Shown here: positions 41,785 through 55,310 of the stretch, one piece after another
How the letters are laid out: each line of letters starts with the position of its first letter
How positions within the stretch are numbered: position 1 is the first letter of the stretch
NCBI RefSeq assembly: GCF_006345805.1
Contig: NC_043018.1
Span: 124,001-188,000 of the forward strand
Direction: 5' to 3'
Length of the DNA: 64,000 nucleotides
DNA from: Octopus sinensis
Taxonomy: Eukaryota
Position numbers and translations under genes: made by a program
Notes under the pieces: generated by a model
Told to the model about the DNA's origin: nothing
What the model saw: the letters and a program-made list of their open reading frames with translations, nothing else
The model's database searches: none

Positions 41785-42048
41785 AAAGGTTCTCGTTAAA
41801 TCAATTTTCCAGCGACCATTCCTAAAGCCAAAATTCGTAAAGTGCAATAATTTCCGACGAACTTTTATGCAGTCATTTTACTCCGTCTGTGAGTAGAGGC
41901 ATCAGCACCATGATACATCGCATCACCAACATGATACATGTTGCGACGTCGCAACATACACCAAACGTTTGTCTAACCCTTTTATATTTATTATAAAATG
42001 AAACTCGCAAACCTGGGGTCTCTCAAAGTGTGTTTTCGTAAAGTGAGG

Positions 42049-42106
<58 letters not shown>

Positions 42107-42124
42107 ATGTGTGTGTGTGTGTGT

Positions 42125-42285
42125 ATACGACCGGCCTCTTTCAGTTTCCGTCTGCCAAATCGACTCATAAAGGATTTCGTCAACTTGAGGCTAAAATAGA
42201 CACGTGCCTAAAGTACCAACCCGTGGGAAAAAAACCCAGAACCATATGGTTGGGAAGAGGCAAGCTTCTTATCACTGAACCATGC
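42125..42285 (-). mobile_element. SINE family A, degenerate head
   Basis: CTCTTTCAGTTTCCGTCTGCCAAATCGACTCA...AGAACCATATGGTTGG. Confidence 0.65.
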
Positions 42286-42909
42286 CAGAATCTTTGCCGC
42301 CGAGTGAAATGACAACAGGATGAAAGGCAAAGTTAGTCGCTTCTTTACATCATGATGTAAGACCAAATACCAATTTGTGAGAATAGAACAAAGAAGGAAA
42401 ATAAGAACAAACGAAACATTCATTCCTGCACACACATAAGCAGACACACAGACACATACACACACATTGTTAGCGTACATATTTGCGATTTGTTTGGTTT
42501 ATACATAAAAAACTAAATTTCTAAATTCTCCAAATCCTGCATTGTATAATACCAGAACAATGCGTTTACCAGCATCCCATACAACTGCAATGGTCATGCT
42601 ATTGATAACTTTAGAAAATAGTTGAAATCAGCCTTTAGTTCTTTACGCTTAGAATTTCTATTAAGACGAACGTAAGATCGACTTTGTAGATGTTTCCTTA
42701 GACCTCAAACCTAATTCCTATAAATCCTTCCATAAGACTAACGAAACTCTGTAATATATTAAGAACTTCTCCCACCCATCTTTTGCATTTAGGAACATAA
42801 TTCTCAACATTAATCGTAAGTTACATGTCTTTATTCATCTAGAGAAATATTTGAAAAGTATTTCCATATTAGAGTAAGGCTCTATATGATAACGGATTCA
42901 CTGATAAAG

Positions 42910-44130
42910 TCATTTATAATCCTCTACCTGTTCAACATCAGGTCGTAAAAATAGTTCTTGTAATATTCAATGATTCACCCTAACATTTTCCATTGATGTT
43001 AGGACAAATTTAGGGGCAACGCTATAAGAATCACTATACTGCCAATTATAGATAGTGAAATATATTTTATAGACACGAGTAAATTCACATACTCATGCCA
43101 AACTAATGTTAAGACATTTTTTTCTCTCTAGTTTCAGCTCAGAGCTGCGGCCATGCTGATGCACCGCCGTTTTGCTACACTGTTATTACTGAGAGCGTTC
43201 TCTAATATGTGGCACTTGGTGAAGAATGGTGTTTGATGTAGCTACCCTCATTTTCACCTCTTGCCGTGAGGTAGGTTCATCTGGGACTCGACAGGAAGAG
43301 GTCCAGCTTTGATTTAAAAACCCCTATATCTACTTTGAGCAAGTTTTTCAGCCTCTTTAGGAGAATATTAAAAAGCTGTGGGCCCCTGAAACCCAGGCTG
43401 TTTCAGTAACCGGTCCTGAAGCGTGATGGCATTGCTAGGATCCTTGGCACTATGCAGTATCGTCCCGTTCTGGCATTGGTGTAGCTTTCAATGCCAAAAT
43501 TTGGCATAATTCCTTCTAGGATCTTCCAGATATATATTACTGCATACCTCTCCCGTCTTCTCTCCAGGGAGTAGAGTATTAGCTGCTTCAATCTTTCCCA
43601 GTAGTTGAGCTGTTTCAATAAACAACCTGTCCTGATTAAAATCTGTCCTGGACGGACATTTGAACTCTGAATGTAATGACAAACGAAACGCCGCTCAGTA
43701 TTTTGTCTAGTGCGCTAACGGTACTGCCAGCTCGTCGCCTTAAATGCCTTAATAATCATAGAACTTTGCTTAATCAATAATTCTAGAAATGAGGGTAGCT
43801 ACATCAAACGCCATTCTTCACCAAGTGCCACATATTAGAGAATGCTCTCAGTAATAACAGTGTAGCAAAACGGCGGTGCGTCAGCATGGCCGCAGCTCTG
43901 AGCTGAAACTAGAGAGAAAAAAAAGCCTTTACATTAGTTTTGCATGAGTATGTGAATTTACTCGCGTCTATAAAATATCTTTCACTATCTATGATTGGCG
44001 GTATAGTGATTCTTATAGCGTTGCCCCTAAATTTGTCCTAACATCAATGGAGAATGTTAAGGTGAATCATTGAATATTACAGGAACTATTTTTACGACCT
44101 GATGTTGAACAGGTAGAGGTTCATAAATGA
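42910..44130. repeat. Inverted duplication, arms 42910-43253 and 43787-44130 (~345 bp), ~530-bp spacer
   Basis: The LINE tail and ~210 bp of its 3' flank are both present in reverse orientation with few substitutions. Confidence 0.95.
43117..43620 (-). mobile_element. CR1/L2(Crack)-like LINE 3' end
   Basis: Minus peptides LNYWERLKQLILYSLERRRERYAVIYIWKILEG and SLGFRGPQLFN...VFKSKLDLFLS..PDEP; 3' UTR GGCGGTGCATCAGCATGGCCGCAGCTCTGAGCTGAAAC. Confidence 0.85.
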
Positions 44131-44270
44131 TGAACGGTAGCCATTTTCGGGGCTGTTTCGGGAGATGCTGATAAGAAAAAAACAGAGTAAGGGATACTTA
44201 GGCTCAACTCTTTCAGAAGAGTGGTTACCGTTAAAGGCGCGCAAGAAACAGGTAGGTATATGTGATGGTA

Positions 44271-44688
44271 AAGGCGGCGAGCTGGCAGAAACGTTAGCAT
44301 GCCGGGCAAAATGCTCAGCGGTATTTCGTCTGTCGCAACGTTCTGAGTTCAAATTCCGCCGAGGTCGACTTTGCCTTTCATCCTTTCGGGGTCGATAAAT
44401 TAAGTACCAGTTACGCACTGGGGTCGATGTAATCGACTTAATGCCTATGTCTGTCCTTGTTTGTCCCCTCTATGTTTAGCCCCTTGTGGGTAATAAAGAA
44501 ATAGGTATTTCGTCTGTCGCAACGTTCTGAGTTCAAATTCCGCCGAGGTCGACTTTGCCTTTCATCCTTTCGGGGTCGATAAATTAAGTACCAGTTACGC
44601 GCTGGGGTCGATGTAATCGACTTAATACCTATGTCTGTCCTTGTTTGTCACCTCTGTGTTTAGCCCCTTGTGGGCAATAAAGAAATAG
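44271..44688 (+). mobile_element. SINE family B, head plus two 184-bp units
   Basis: GGTAT at 44320, 44504 and 44688; TSD AGGTAT(A/G)TGTGATGG at 44254 and 44687. Confidence 0.9.
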
Positions 44689-45285
44689 GTATGTGTGATG
44701 GAATAAAACTCAAAATTGCTATTTATTAGAAAATGCTGTGCAACTGGTCAGGCCAAATGTAGTAGAAGACTTTCGGTTAAATTAAACAGCCTTGGAACAC
44801 AATCCGGTACAGAATGCATGTGAACCGAGAGCCATAACCACAGAGCCATGCCTGTGGTTATAGCACACTTTTGGGTAGGCTGGGTTAAGGGAGAACCTAA
44901 ATTAATAAGTAAAATGTTAAAAACGAAAATTACATTCATAGAAAAGTTGTGAATTGTAAAGTAGTTTGAACGAAATATTATTTAGATTTTGTAATTCTGT
45001 ACAGAATAAATTGTCTATTTATTATTTTAAACAAACTAGTCGAAAAAATATTTTTATGGAAATAAATTTATCAGATTCGCCTGCTTCCATATTTATTTAT
45101 TTATTTATTTATTTATTCATTCATTTTATTTATTTATTTGTTTTTATATATATATTTTGTTTTATCGTCATGAATTTCCATTTATATATTTTCTTCATTT
45201 AATTTTACCCAACTTACCATAATATCATTTGTCTACGTTTGAGGCACCATCAGAAAATATTACCGGAGAAGGGAGAAAATATATT

Positions 45286-45316
<31 letters not shown>

Positions 45317-45839
45317 CATACACACCCATATATGTGTTTATGTATATATGTATATATATAAAGTATAAACATATATATAGATATATAAGTATAAGTATAT
45401 TTATATATATTTATATACATATATATATATGTATGTATATATGCATGTATATATATATTAATATATATCTTTCTAATTGTGTGTGTGTGTGTGTGTGTAT
45501 GACAGTGCGCGTGTATTTATGGATATATACATATTTGTTTATCAAGATATGCATATATAATCACTCGCTCTTTGTTTTCTACTCAGCATACACATAAATA
45601 TACATATACACACAAACAGTGTAGGTACAAGTGTGTGTGCATGTGTATATCGAATACGTGTGTCAGTTTCTATATATATATATCTATGTATATGTGCCCG
45701 CGTGTGTGTATGTTGACATATATACCTTCATAGGTAAAACTCACGAACTAGCACACACGTGTATGTATAGATACAAACATACATAGACGCATAAAACATG
45801 CAGGCATACACACCAAAAGACATATATACAAACTTACAT

Positions 45840-45878
<39 letters not shown>

Positions 45879-46164
45879 CAAATATACATACATATAAGTA
45901 TACCTATATACATGTATTTGTATGCATGTGAGATTTTATTGTATTTCCTTTATTCTTTTAAATATATTTCGTTTTCCAACAAACAATAGTCGTGCATCAG
46001 TTCTTGCTTTATCAATTTTATGTCAAATTACTTCTAGAACAGACTTTACAAGTTTAGAGACATTCCGACAGACATATATATGTATGTATGTATGTAAGTA
46101 TGTATGTATATATGTGTATATATATATATATATATGTGTGTATATATATATGTGTATATATATA

Positions 46165-46199
<35 letters not shown>

Positions 46200-46253
46200 A
46201 TATATATATATGTATATATGTATGTATGTATAAATATATATATGTATATATAC

Positions 46254-46289
<36 letters not shown>

Positions 46290-46691
46290 TATATAAGTAT
46301 AAGTATATTTATATATATTTATATACATATATATACATATATATGTGTGTCTGTGTGCATATATTTCTGTGTGTCTGATTGTGCGTATGTGTGCGCGTAT
46401 ATGTATCTGAGTGTCTGTGTTTGTGTGAGTGGATGTGTGTGATATGTGTGATATCTCTCTGTGTGTGTATGCGTATCAATATCTGTGTGTACACATATAT
46501 CTATCTTTATCTATCTATAAAACTTTATCTATCTATCTATCTATCTATCTGTCTGTCTATCTAACTATCTAGCTCTCTACCTATCTATCTAATTCTCTCT
46601 CCCCTCTCTCTCTAAATATATATGTATGTATATGTATACACACACACATATATATATATATAATACACATTTATACATTGGTAGATGTATG

Positions 46692-46722
<31 letters not shown>

Positions 46723-48714
46723 TTGTGTATGTATGTATGCATGTATGTATATATGCGTGCATGTATGTGTGTACGTGTGGAAGCATAAATTTGTTGCTAT
46801 GCATACGTCTGTATTTTTTATGTATGTGTGTGTGCGCGCACGTGTGTTTGTGTGCTTGTGTGTGTGTGTTCGTGTGTGTTTGTGTGTGTGTTTCGCGCGC
46901 GAACACAGATTAAGAGAAAGAGGCAGTCAGAGAGATAATCACACAGAGAGACAGACAGTCGGAGTGGGAGACACAAAGCGATAGAGGTTTGTAAAGGAAA
47001 TAGAAAGAATTTCTTTCTAAAGTATTCAGGTAGAATTATTCATGTGTGAAAAGGAAAGAAAATATCGAACTATTTCTGGGTGTGTGAGTGTGTATGAGAG
47101 CGCGTTGGTGTGAACGTTATATCAATATGTGATAGGATATATCGCTATGTGTACATGTATGTGTTTGAGCGTTTGCTTGCGTATATAGTATATGTATGCG
47201 ATGGCGTATTTCTTAGTGAACGTACTTGCGTGTGTCCGTTCGCGTATGTGTGGGAGTTTCTGCAGAAAACAGAAGAATGGAATGTTGTATTATGTAGTAT
47301 TTCTTTGTATATAATAAACTTATTTAAATATCAATCGTACAGTCGAAAGCTGTATCTAGGTATAAGAAAACAAATGTTATATAGAAAATTACAAGATATA
47401 AGTATATATGTATCTACGTATACGTTGATATGTATGCATGTATGTGCATATATATCTATAACATATATAATATATATATATATATTATATATATATAATA
47501 TTCTATATAATATATATATATACACTCACACATATATATAATATGTATATATATAATATATATATGTATATATATAATAAAATACATATTATATATATAT
47601 AATATATTATAATATATATATATATATATATATATGGTATATATATATAATATATATATATATATATTAACTGTAATGGTTGTATATGCATATTTCAAGA
47701 GTTTTTCGCTTTCTCAGTATCTTATATCGCAACTACTGCAAGATAGCGAATTAGCATTAACATTTGATTAGAATTGATCTCTCCTTAGAACACTGCACTA
47801 CTCCAGAGGGGAGAAAACTGTATATTTTCTCAAAAATATTTTCACAATTTCTCCCCAAGCAACGTTTAAGACTTATATTATTTAAGTTGTCTTAACGTAA
47901 CCTTCCTTTTTCCGTATATATCATTCATTTAATTCTACCAAAAAAAAAAAAAAGAAGACTTCCCAGCCTCATTATAATTCCACCCTATTTAATAGCTTGA
48001 CCAGAAAATCATTATAGGCTCTGTGTGGGTCGGCCTTTTTCCCCTCCAATATTTGTTTGATAACGTATGCTGTTGGCAAAAGAGACTGATAGAATAAGAA
48101 CCAAAAATATGTCCCATGGTCGATTTCTCCGATTAATACCCTATAAGGTAGTGCTCCAGTATTGTCGCATTCAAATGACTGAAAGAAGAGAATAAAAGAA
48201 TCAAAGAATACCCAGAAAGAAATTCTCGTCTGCGGCCAGAGTAAAGACGCAAGGTATGAATTGCAATCGTCAGTTTTGTTTATAAATACTATTGACAATA
48301 GTTGTATTTGTCTAACAATCTTAACATCTAAACAGTCGTGTAACCATTCCTAGTCACTTCGAGATCTTCCAGATATATTTTCTCAAGAAGATATTCAAAG
48401 TAATTGCTGCTAATATCATTGAGAGTCGTTTGACTAAAGCAATCTTTTTCCTTCTGCTTGAATGGTTTTGAAAGAAATTCGTTCTATTTTCATTACAAAC
48501 CTCCATCAATATGTGTCTCCTTCTCCGACGTTCTAATTCTCTGTTTTATGATTTCCCTGTCTTCTTCAGTTAATCCGTGCGCACACACATACGCACACAC
48601 GACCAGACATGCACACATACATGCAGACTTGCACGCAAACATATAAACAAACGCAGACGTATGCATAGTAACAAATACATGCTCGCACACGTAGATAGAT
48701 AGATACATGGATAT

Positions 48715-48749
<35 letters not shown>

Positions 48750-48824
48750 CAGACATACATACATACATACATACATACATACATACATACATACATACAT
48801 ACATACATACTTACGTAGAGATAT

Positions 48825-49238
48825 CTCTTTTACTCTCTTTACTCTTTTTACTTGTTTCACTCATTTGACTGCGGCCATGCTGGAGCACCGCCTTTTAGTC
48901 GAGCAAATCGACCCCCAGGACTTATTCTTTGTAAGGTTAGTACTTATTCTATCGGTCTCTTTTGCCGAACCGCTAAGTAACGGGGACGTAAACACACCAG
49001 CATCAGTTGTCAAGCGATGTTGGGGAGACAAACACAGACACACAAACACACACACATATATATACATATATATACGACAGACTTCTTTCAGTTTCCGTCT
49101 ACTAAATCCACTCACAAGGCTTTGGTCGACCCGAGGCTATAGTAGAAGACACTTGCCCAAGGTTCCACGCAGTGGGACTGAACCCGGAACCGTGTGGTTG
49201 GTAAGCAAGCTACTTACCACACAGCCACTCCTGTACCT
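48825..49238 (-). mobile_element. SINE family A, full length
   Basis: Colinear and ~90% similar to 14634-15100. Confidence 0.9.
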
Positions 49239-49354
49239 ATATATGTATATTTATATATAAGTGTGTGTGTATGAATGTATGTATGTATGTATATATACAT
49301 ATATTATATATATAATATATATATTAATATATATTATTATATATATATCAACGT

Positions 49355-49632
49355 GATCATCGTGACCAACCAGGCTATCAGATGTTGCTACACATCGCTG
49401 GTCACAATCCGCTTCTCATTGTTTTAGCCTTCAAATGACGCCTCCGCGCTGGCTAAGCGAAAAGGCCACAGAAGAAAAGTGTGAGAAAGTTGTGGCCACC
49501 CCCACCCTGCCGGAGTCTCTTGGAGCTTTAGGTGTTTTCGCTCAATAGACATTCACAAGGCTCGGTCTGGGAATCGAAACCGCGATCCTACGACCGCGAA
49601 TCTGCTGCGCTAACCACTGGGCCATTGCCCTC
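49355..49632 (-). mobile_element. SINE family C2: family C head with an RTE-like tail
   Basis: Head as at 22659; tail TGTGACCAGCGATGTG...CTGATAGCCTGGTTGGTCACGATGATCACG. Confidence 0.75.
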
Positions 49633-49650
49633 CACACACACACACACAGA

Positions 49651-49766
<116 letters not shown>

Positions 49767-50074
49767 ACATATATACATCATCATTGACTAGACACTTCAG
49801 TAGAGCAGTCTTTTTTTTAAAGTAAGGAAATTCACATCAAGACAAATATAAAACTGTTAATAGAGGGTTACAATTAAACCCCAATAGGATACCATTTATA
49901 TGGCTAAATTCCTTTTCAGCTAATGTAATATATTCCACATTAACGATATAGTTGACCATGTCCTTTAGTTTAATTTTACTAAAATTCATTTAACCACCAT
50001 CTCCAAACTTAAATATAAAAAAACATGCGTCACAGTTTTTAATGAAAATATACGTACAGCCGTTATTGAACAGT

Positions 50075-50456
50075 GAAGCACTCCGTCGGTTACGACGATG
50101 AGGGTTCCGGTTGATCCGAATCAACGGAACAGCCTGCTCGTGAAATTAACGTGTAAGTGGCTGAGCACTCCACAGACACGTGTACCCTTAACGTAGTTCT
50201 CGGGGATATTCAGCGTGACACAGAGAGTGACAAGGCCGGCCCTTTGAAATACAGGTACAACAGAAGCAGGAAGTAAGAGTGAGAGAAAGTTGTGGTGAAA
50301 GAGTACAGCAGGGATCACCACCAACCCCTGCCGGAGCCTCGTGGAGATTTAGGTGTTTTCGCTCAATAAACACTCACAACGCCTGGTCTGGGAATCGAAA
50401 CTGCGATCCTATGACCGCGAGTCTGCTGCCCTAACCACTGGGCCATTGCGCCTCCA
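50075..50456 (-). mobile_element. SINE family C, full length
   Basis: Reverse complement of 22659-23040; 10-bp TSD ATTGAACAGT at 50065 and 50458. Confidence 0.9.
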
Positions 50457-50699
50457 CATTGAACAGTATATCACTAACATTAAACATACCTTCTTCTGCC
50501 TTTCTCAAATCAAGATTGGTATACAACTGTGGAACAAACCATATACGAGGATGGTCCGACTCCTTTGATCCTTTGCCGTATGTTTAAAAATTCGTAACTG
50601 GAAAACATATTACTATATCAACAAATAACAGAATTGGAAATAAATACATGCAGCCAAACATATTCATATATACATATATAGATAGACCATACCTATATG

Positions 50700-50817
<118 letters not shown>

Positions 50818-51540
50818 AATGGTGTGTGGTGTGGATAGATAAAATATACACACACAACTCTGTACATACACAAACACAAACACACATACACAAAAAGAAA
50901 ACATCACAAAAACACACTCACACGCAGTTGGTAACCACACATATACACACAGGTGGTGACTCTCAAAAGAATACATGTAACCCAAACAAAAATCCAAATC
51001 CCTTTATCAACAAGAGAAAATCTTCACAGCATACACAGCCATCGACATTTTTCAAAACATATTGAAAGGACATTCAACACAACACACACACATACACACA
51101 CAGACACACACACACACACATACATACATACACATACACACACATACACACACACATAAACACACACGCACAGGTGGACATAAAACTCATTCAAGAAATG
51201 CTCTTTAGCCACCCCCTTGACAGGAACACACACATATCTTTTAGACTATAATAGACACCCCATCTCTCACTCTCTAACACCTTAAACTCTACACCAAACT
51301 ATATTTAAAGAAGACTTCAACGAAAAATCTAAACATCTCCAGAGAAGATAGACTGGTTTTACTTCAAACTTTGCAAATTTTTACTAGTATTTGCAAAGAA
51401 ACTGGTAATTTTAATATTTATATTTATTAAATTCCTTCCTCAACTGAAATGTCCTAGACTTAATTCTGTGCTATTTCCACCTCCATTTTTTTGATATACA
51501 TGCATATGTTTGCTTGTGTGTGTGTGTGTGTGTGTGTGGT

Positions 51541-51580
<40 letters not shown>

Positions 51581-51769
51581 TATTTGAAATACATACTACA
51601 ACACACGCTCCCAAACAGTCTCCAGCTGTTCCCTCGCAGAGAACTGATCTGGTCGGACGGCATCACATGACATTTGCCCAAGGTACCGCGCAATGGGACT
51701 GAACTCGAAGCTATGTATTTGCTAAACGAAATTGTTCACCACAGAACCATGCAAAATATATGCTTAGAT

Positions 51770-51820
51770 CGATAGATCGATAGATAGATTGACAAGACAG
51801 GGTGTCGGATGAATGGATGA

Positions 51821-51880
<60 letters not shown>

Positions 51881-51957
51881 GATAGATAGATAGATAGACA
51901 GACAGAGACAGATAGCAGATAGATATATAATATATATATATATATATATAAATAGAC

Positions 51958-52026
<69 letters not shown>

Positions 52027-52043
52027 TAGATAGATAGACAGAC

Positions 52044-52080
<37 letters not shown>

Positions 52081-52121
52081 TATAGATATAGAGAGATAGA
52101 GAGAGAGAGAGAGAGTAGATC

Positions 52122-52216
<95 letters not shown>

Positions 52217-52255
52217 CGATAGATCGATAGATAGATAGATAGATAGATAGATGCT
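51770..52255. repeat. Long (GATA)n compound microsatellite
   Basis: Direct reading. Confidence 0.95.
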
Positions 52256-53954
52256 TTGAGTCAGCAAATAAGTATTGCACATGTTAACAATTGAAAATGT
52301 TAAAAATTACTAATGAAAAGATTTAATATTTGAATTGTTAATAAACACAAAGCATCATTAAATACAGTTGGAAGGTAAACATCATCATCATCATCATCAT
52401 CATCATACAACAACAATAACATCAACAATAACAACAACAAAGCCATTAACAAGAACACTACCCACCACAGCAAATATCTTATATAAAATTCTAAAAGTCT
52501 TCCAATTGAAATCATTCTTAGAAAGCAAACCAAAGAAAAAATGTTTTCTTGTGTAAATTATTTTACAGTACAACTCTGTATTATTATTGTATATATTCTC
52601 TTCCTATTGCGAAGCTTTTTCCTCCATTTTTTTCTCATGGGTTTTCTTCTAATTTTATGTTGTAGGTGTTTATTAAGTGTAAATATCTTAGCTGTTCACT
52701 CGTAAACTTGCCAATCCTTCCATTCGTCATAACGTGCCGATGTTTTGTAGATTTTGTTGTTTTTATCTTCTCTTCTCTTCTCTTCTCTTCCAGTGAAACG
52801 TAGCGTTTTAATCGAAAATGGAAAACTCATTCAGAATAGCGAAAGATTGTGCAAAAATGCTTTGTGGATGAATGTTGTATTGGGGTACGGTGGAGGACAT
52901 TGTTTATTGAAATGTTTCTTAACTTTTTACTGGTCTCTAATGCGGAGCAATATAGAAGCTTCGGTGGCGGAATGATAAAGGTATATTTTACAATCAAAGG
53001 ATTTCCGGGTTGGATTCTGCTGCACGGTACTGCGGTTAAGTGTCTTCAGTTTTATGAAGACGGTAACTACTTGTATATGTATTCTTTTGAGTTTCCCTAT
53101 GGAGTGAAACTCTTATGGTTTAACTATATATAGCTTGTAGCTTTGTCAGGCAAAGAGAAGGGTAAGTTTCAGATAAACAATCTTTAATTCACACACAGGC
53201 ATAACAATGTGATAAGAAGCTTGCTACCCAACCACACGGTTTTGGGTTCAGTCCCACTGCATGGCACCTTGGGCAAGTGTCTTCTAGTATAGCCTCAGAC
53301 CGATTAAAGCCTAGTAAGTGGGTTTGGTAGACGGAAACAGAATAAATGAATTTGGTAGACGGAAACTGAAAGTGGGCCATTGTATGTGTGTGTAAGAAGC
53401 TTGCTTTGTAACCTGTGTAAGAAGCTTGCTTTGTAATAAAAAACTGAAGAAATTGAATCTACTTCCAAAACATGTGTGTGTGTGTGTGTGCAAAACAGTG
53501 TATAAAGATTTATACACAGAAAGAGATTCTTGAGAGGATTTCTTACATGCTAAAAGGGGCAGGTAAATCCAAACCATGAAAAAGTATTCTTTAGGCACGC
53601 TGTTAATGGCACTAGAATGAACAAAATAAAAAGATTAGTTAATCCCAAACTCAAGTTTCGCTATAAATGACCAAATAAATTAGTTCGTCAGTGGGATCGC
53701 TAAAGAATGCATAATTATGTAGGTTTAATACGTACCGAAAGCACGTGCGCAAGACAGCTCCATCCTTAATAAATAATTTTAATTTTTTACCCACATAGTT
53801 TACACAGTAAAATTTTCGAATTCTTGGGCCATATAGTACACAGCTTAAATTTATTTACTACTGGACTATCTAATTATGCTAGCGCACTAAATTTTGAATA
53901 CAATAAATTAAGTGGATGTATGCATATATATCTATATTATATATACATATATGT

Positions 53955-54039
<85 letters not shown>

Positions 54040-54228
54040 ATTTTATTGTATCGTCATTTGACTTGTTTACGTATTTTCTCGATAAATTTTTGAGCGTTAG
54101 AACGATTACCAGAAACCCCTATTTTGTCGGGTACGTTCTGAGTCTGCGCAGTGATTTGAATAGTTTAGAAAGAGCAATTTAATAGACGCATGTGGCTCTA
54201 TTAATGTGCGCTTCCATAATAACAGGAA

Positions 54229-54301
54229 TCTTACTGAAGAGCCTACCTGAGTAAATAAATATTATTTTTATTGCTGAAATGGGCGAAACTGCAGTCTAGA
54301 A
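54229..54301 (+). ncRNA. Type-I hammerhead, unit 1
   Basis: TCTTA-CTGAAGA-GCCT...GGGC-GAAA-CTGCA-GTC-TAGAA; stem I is 1 nt short; cleavage predicted after 54296. Confidence 0.7.
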
Positions 54302-54627
54302 GAACTAAGTTTGTAAAAGTCTTTAATTTTCATCTCATTAAATTTATCCAGCTTTTGTGTATCTAGTACACACTTCGCCTTTAATGTACTTATATAATAA
54401 TATATGGCGTGTCCTAGATCACCGGCGATAATAATTAATTTTATTGTTATCGCATTTGACTTTGTTTACGTATTTTCTCGGTAAATTTTTGAGCGTTAGA
54501 CGATATACAGAAAACCCTATTTTGTCGGGTACGTTCTGAGTCTGCGCAGTGATTTGAATAGTTTTAGAAAAAACAATTTATAGACGCATGTGCCTCTATT
54601 AATGTGCGCTTCCCATAATAACAGGAA

Positions 54628-54695
54628 TTACTGAAGAGCTACTGAGTAATAAATATTATTTTTATTGCTGAAATGGGCGAAACTGCAGTCTAAGA
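54628..54695 (+). ncRNA. Type-I hammerhead, unit 2
   Basis: TTA-CTGAAGA-GCT...GGGC-GAAA-CTGCA-GTC-TAAGA; cleavage predicted after 54690. Confidence 0.7.
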
Positions 54696-55019
54696 AGAAC
54701 TAAGTTTGTAAAAGTCTTTAATTTCATCTCATTAAATTTATCCAGCTTTTTGTGTATCTAGTACACACTTCGCTTTATGTATTATATATGAATAATATAT
54801 GGCGTGTCCTAGATCACCGCGATAATAATTAATTTTATTGTATCGCATTTGACTTTGTTTACGTATTTTCTCGATAAATTTTTGAGCGTTAGACGATATA
54901 CCAGAAACCCTATTTTGTCGGGTACGTTCTGAGTCTGCGCAGTGATTTGAATTGTTTTAGAAAGAACATTTAATAGACGCATGTGCCTCTATTAATGTGC
55001 GCTTCCATAATAACAGGAA

Positions 55020-55091
55020 TCTTACTGAAGAGCCTACCTGAGTAAATAATATTATTTTTATTGCTGAAATGGGCGAAACTGCAGTCTAAGA
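55020..55091 (+). ncRNA. Type-I hammerhead, unit 3 (fully intact)
   Basis: Stem I TCTTA/TAAGA; core CTGAAGA; stem II GCCT/GGGC; GAAA; palindromic stem III ACTGCAGT; GUC triplet; cleavage predicted after 55086. Confidence 0.85.
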
Positions 55092-55272
55092 AGAACTAAG
55101 TTTGTAAAAGTTTTTAATTTTCATCTCATTAATTTATCCAGCTTTTGTGTATCTATTACACACTTCGCCTTTAATGTACTTATATATGAATAATATATGG
55201 CGTGTCCTAGATCACCGGCGATAATAATTAATTTTATTGTATCGCATTGACTTTGTTTACGTATATATATAT

Positions 55273-55303
<31 letters not shown>

Positions 55304-55310
55304 TATATAT

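Larger units (their letters stand above)
54039..55261 (+). mobile_element. Retrozyme-like tandem array: ~3.1 units of ~395 bp, one hammerhead per unit, flanked by (TA)n
   Basis: Three near-identical units; CTGAAGA...GGGC-GAAA-CTGCAGTC in each; no ORF. Confidence 0.85.

Noticed and set aside
54039-55261. Tandem array considered as CRISPR-like or simple satellite
   Set aside because: The DNA is eukaryotic and there is no repeat-spacer alternation; the short array with one ribozyme per unit fits a retroelement better than a satellite.
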